DNA of 21,191 bases from Octopus sinensis (taxonomy: Eukaryota), in NCBI RefSeq assembly GCF_006345805.1, contig NW_021823670.1, forward strand, positions 1 to 21,191, read 5' to 3'. Under the pieces are notes generated by a model, which was not told where the DNA came from, did no database searches, and saw only the letters and a program-made list of their open reading frames with translations. Every line of letters starts with the position of its first letter. Position 1 is the first letter of the stretch. Below, piece by piece: positions 19,505 to 21,191 of the stretch. The position numbers and the translations under genes are program-made.

Positions 19505-19726
19505 TTATTGCCCACAAAGGGCTAAACACAGAGGGGACAAACAAGGACAGACAAACGGATTAAGTCGATTATATCGACCTCAGTGCGTAACTGGTACTTA
19601 ATTTATCGACCCCGAAAGTATGAAAGGCAAAGTCGACCTCGGCGGAATTTGAACTCAGAACGAAACGGCAGACGAAATACTGCTCAGCATTTCGCCCGGC
19701 GTGCTAACGTTTCTGCCAGCTCGCCT
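19505..19726 (-). mobile_element. Monomeric tRNA-derived SINE with a 15-bp target-site duplication
   Basis: Reverse complement closely matches 18099-18340. Direct repeat CGTACATTTAGGTTT at 19481-19495 and 19732-19746; A-rich tail on the minus strand. Confidence 0.9.
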
Positions 19727-20171
19727 AAATGCGTACATTTAGGTTTATAATACATGAGTACGTCAGTGAACGAAAAAAGTACATGTTGCAGAGGATATGT
19801 TTTTTTTAATTGAATCTTAAACTGAGAGTGTGTCATGCAATTCAAGATTCACACCTGAAGATTGCAGTGGCGTGAAACTCGAATTGCGAGACAAACTTCC
19901 AGTTATAGTTTCAATACGAAAAACTACAATCACGTATATACGCTCGCGTCGCGTCGATGTATAGACAGACAGACAGACAGACAAGCGGATAGATAGATAG
20001 ATAAATCGATAGATAAAGAGAGAGAGAGGTGCTTCCGTACATATATATGTGGGGGCACGTGTGTGTGCGTGCGTGTCTCTGTGAGTGTATTATCTATCCA
20101 TGTATGCGTCTATCTATTCGCATAACCTCTTCCACACACTCTTTTTCGTTCTCGTATTTTAGAGATATGTG

Positions 20172-20299
20172 AATGTGCTTATGTGGTAAAATGTGTGCTT
20201 CCAGTGACACGGTTCCGGGTTCATTCTCACTGAGTGGCACCTTGTGAGGGTGTTCTCTACAACAGCCTTTGGTACACGGAAAGTTAAATGACACCCGTC
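20172..20299 (+). mobile_element. Degraded tRNA-derived SINE of another family, with a (TA)n tail
   Basis: TGTGGTAA (A-box-like), CACGGTTCCGGGTTCATTCTCACTGAGTGGCACCTTG (B box and body) and TTTGGTACACGGAAAG..CCCGTC resemble an abundant recalled Octopus SINE. Confidence 0.55.
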
Positions 20300-20342
<43 letters not shown>

Positions 20343-20350
20343 ATATATAG

Positions 20351-20387
<37 letters not shown>

Positions 20388-20751
20388 ATATAATATATAT
20401 ATATATATATTATATAATATATATATATATATACATATATATTACGGGCATCCTTTACGTATGTATGCATATGCATACATAAATATTTCATACAAACATA
20501 CATAAATACATACATATATATACATACATACATACATACATACATACAACATACCACATACATACTACATACTACATACGCACACATCCTGATTCCTGCC
20601 TCTTTGTGTCTACCTTTCTCTTAAACCCTTTCTGAGTAAACGCTCCTTTTGTCACTCCCACTGGCTTCACTTATGGAGAGATAGATTGATAGAGAAGCAT
20701 GTATGTGTGGGTGGGCGCGTATAAACGTGTGTATATATATATATATATATA

Positions 20752-20791
<40 letters not shown>

Positions 20792-20812
20792 CTATATATA
20801 TATGTATATAAG

Positions 20813-20854
<42 letters not shown>

Positions 20855-20880
20855 ATATATATGAATGAATGAATACATAC
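20300..20880. repeat. (TA)n/(CATA)n microsatellite blocks
   Basis: Directly visible. Confidence 0.9.
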
Positions 20881-21144
20881 ATGTACACGAGCAGACATAG
20901 TCCTTTCGCTTCCACAGGCCAAAATCTTCCGAACCGGAAGTGAGAAACCAGTAAGTGTCCTTACTTTCACTTGCTGTCCAATTAAAATGGACGCCTGAAG
21001 GCATTGGTGATAGGAATACGTTCTACCACACGGCACATACTTCTCGTATCTGACTCTGAAATCTAGCTCTCTTTCATTTTTCTTTGCCCTCTCTACTTCT
21101 TATACCCTCTTCCTCTAGGTTTCACACTTACTTTCTCTCACATC

Positions 21145-21191
21145 TACTTTCCCTCTCTCTCTCTCTCCCCTCTCTCTCTCTCTCTCTCTCT
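21145..21191. repeat. (CT)n / polypyrimidine tract
   Basis: Directly visible; runs off the window end. Confidence 0.95.

Overview
AT-rich, extremely microsatellite-dense animal genomic DNA. The repeat families look like those of a coleoid cephalopod, probably Octopus; this is an inference from recalled family sequences, not a database result. No host protein-coding gene is supportable, and almost all long ORFs in the track are translations of (TA)n, (TATG)n, (TCTA)n, (AAT)n or (ACC/ATC)n repeats. The informative content is a nested transposon landscape: (1) three 5'-truncated R4/Dong-type non-LTR retrotransposon ends with a restriction-like endonuclease (RLE), each bounded by (AAT)n and all in the same orientation; (2) a fourth, different RLE element bounded by (CATA)n; (3) Penelope-like fragments joined in an inversion; (4) a ~175-bp module with a minimal hammerhead ribozyme motif, present twice exactly 1400 bp apart, which may be the tail of a tRNA-head/(AAT)n/hammerhead SINE split by two Dong insertions; (5) a local tandem duplication with breakpoints in (AAT)n tracts, giving an empty and a Dong-filled copy of the same site; (6) three non-autonomous Helitrons; (7) several tRNA-derived SINEs, including a head-less trimer; (8) a 165-bp near-perfect hairpin; and (9) a decayed tRNA-Thr-like gene.
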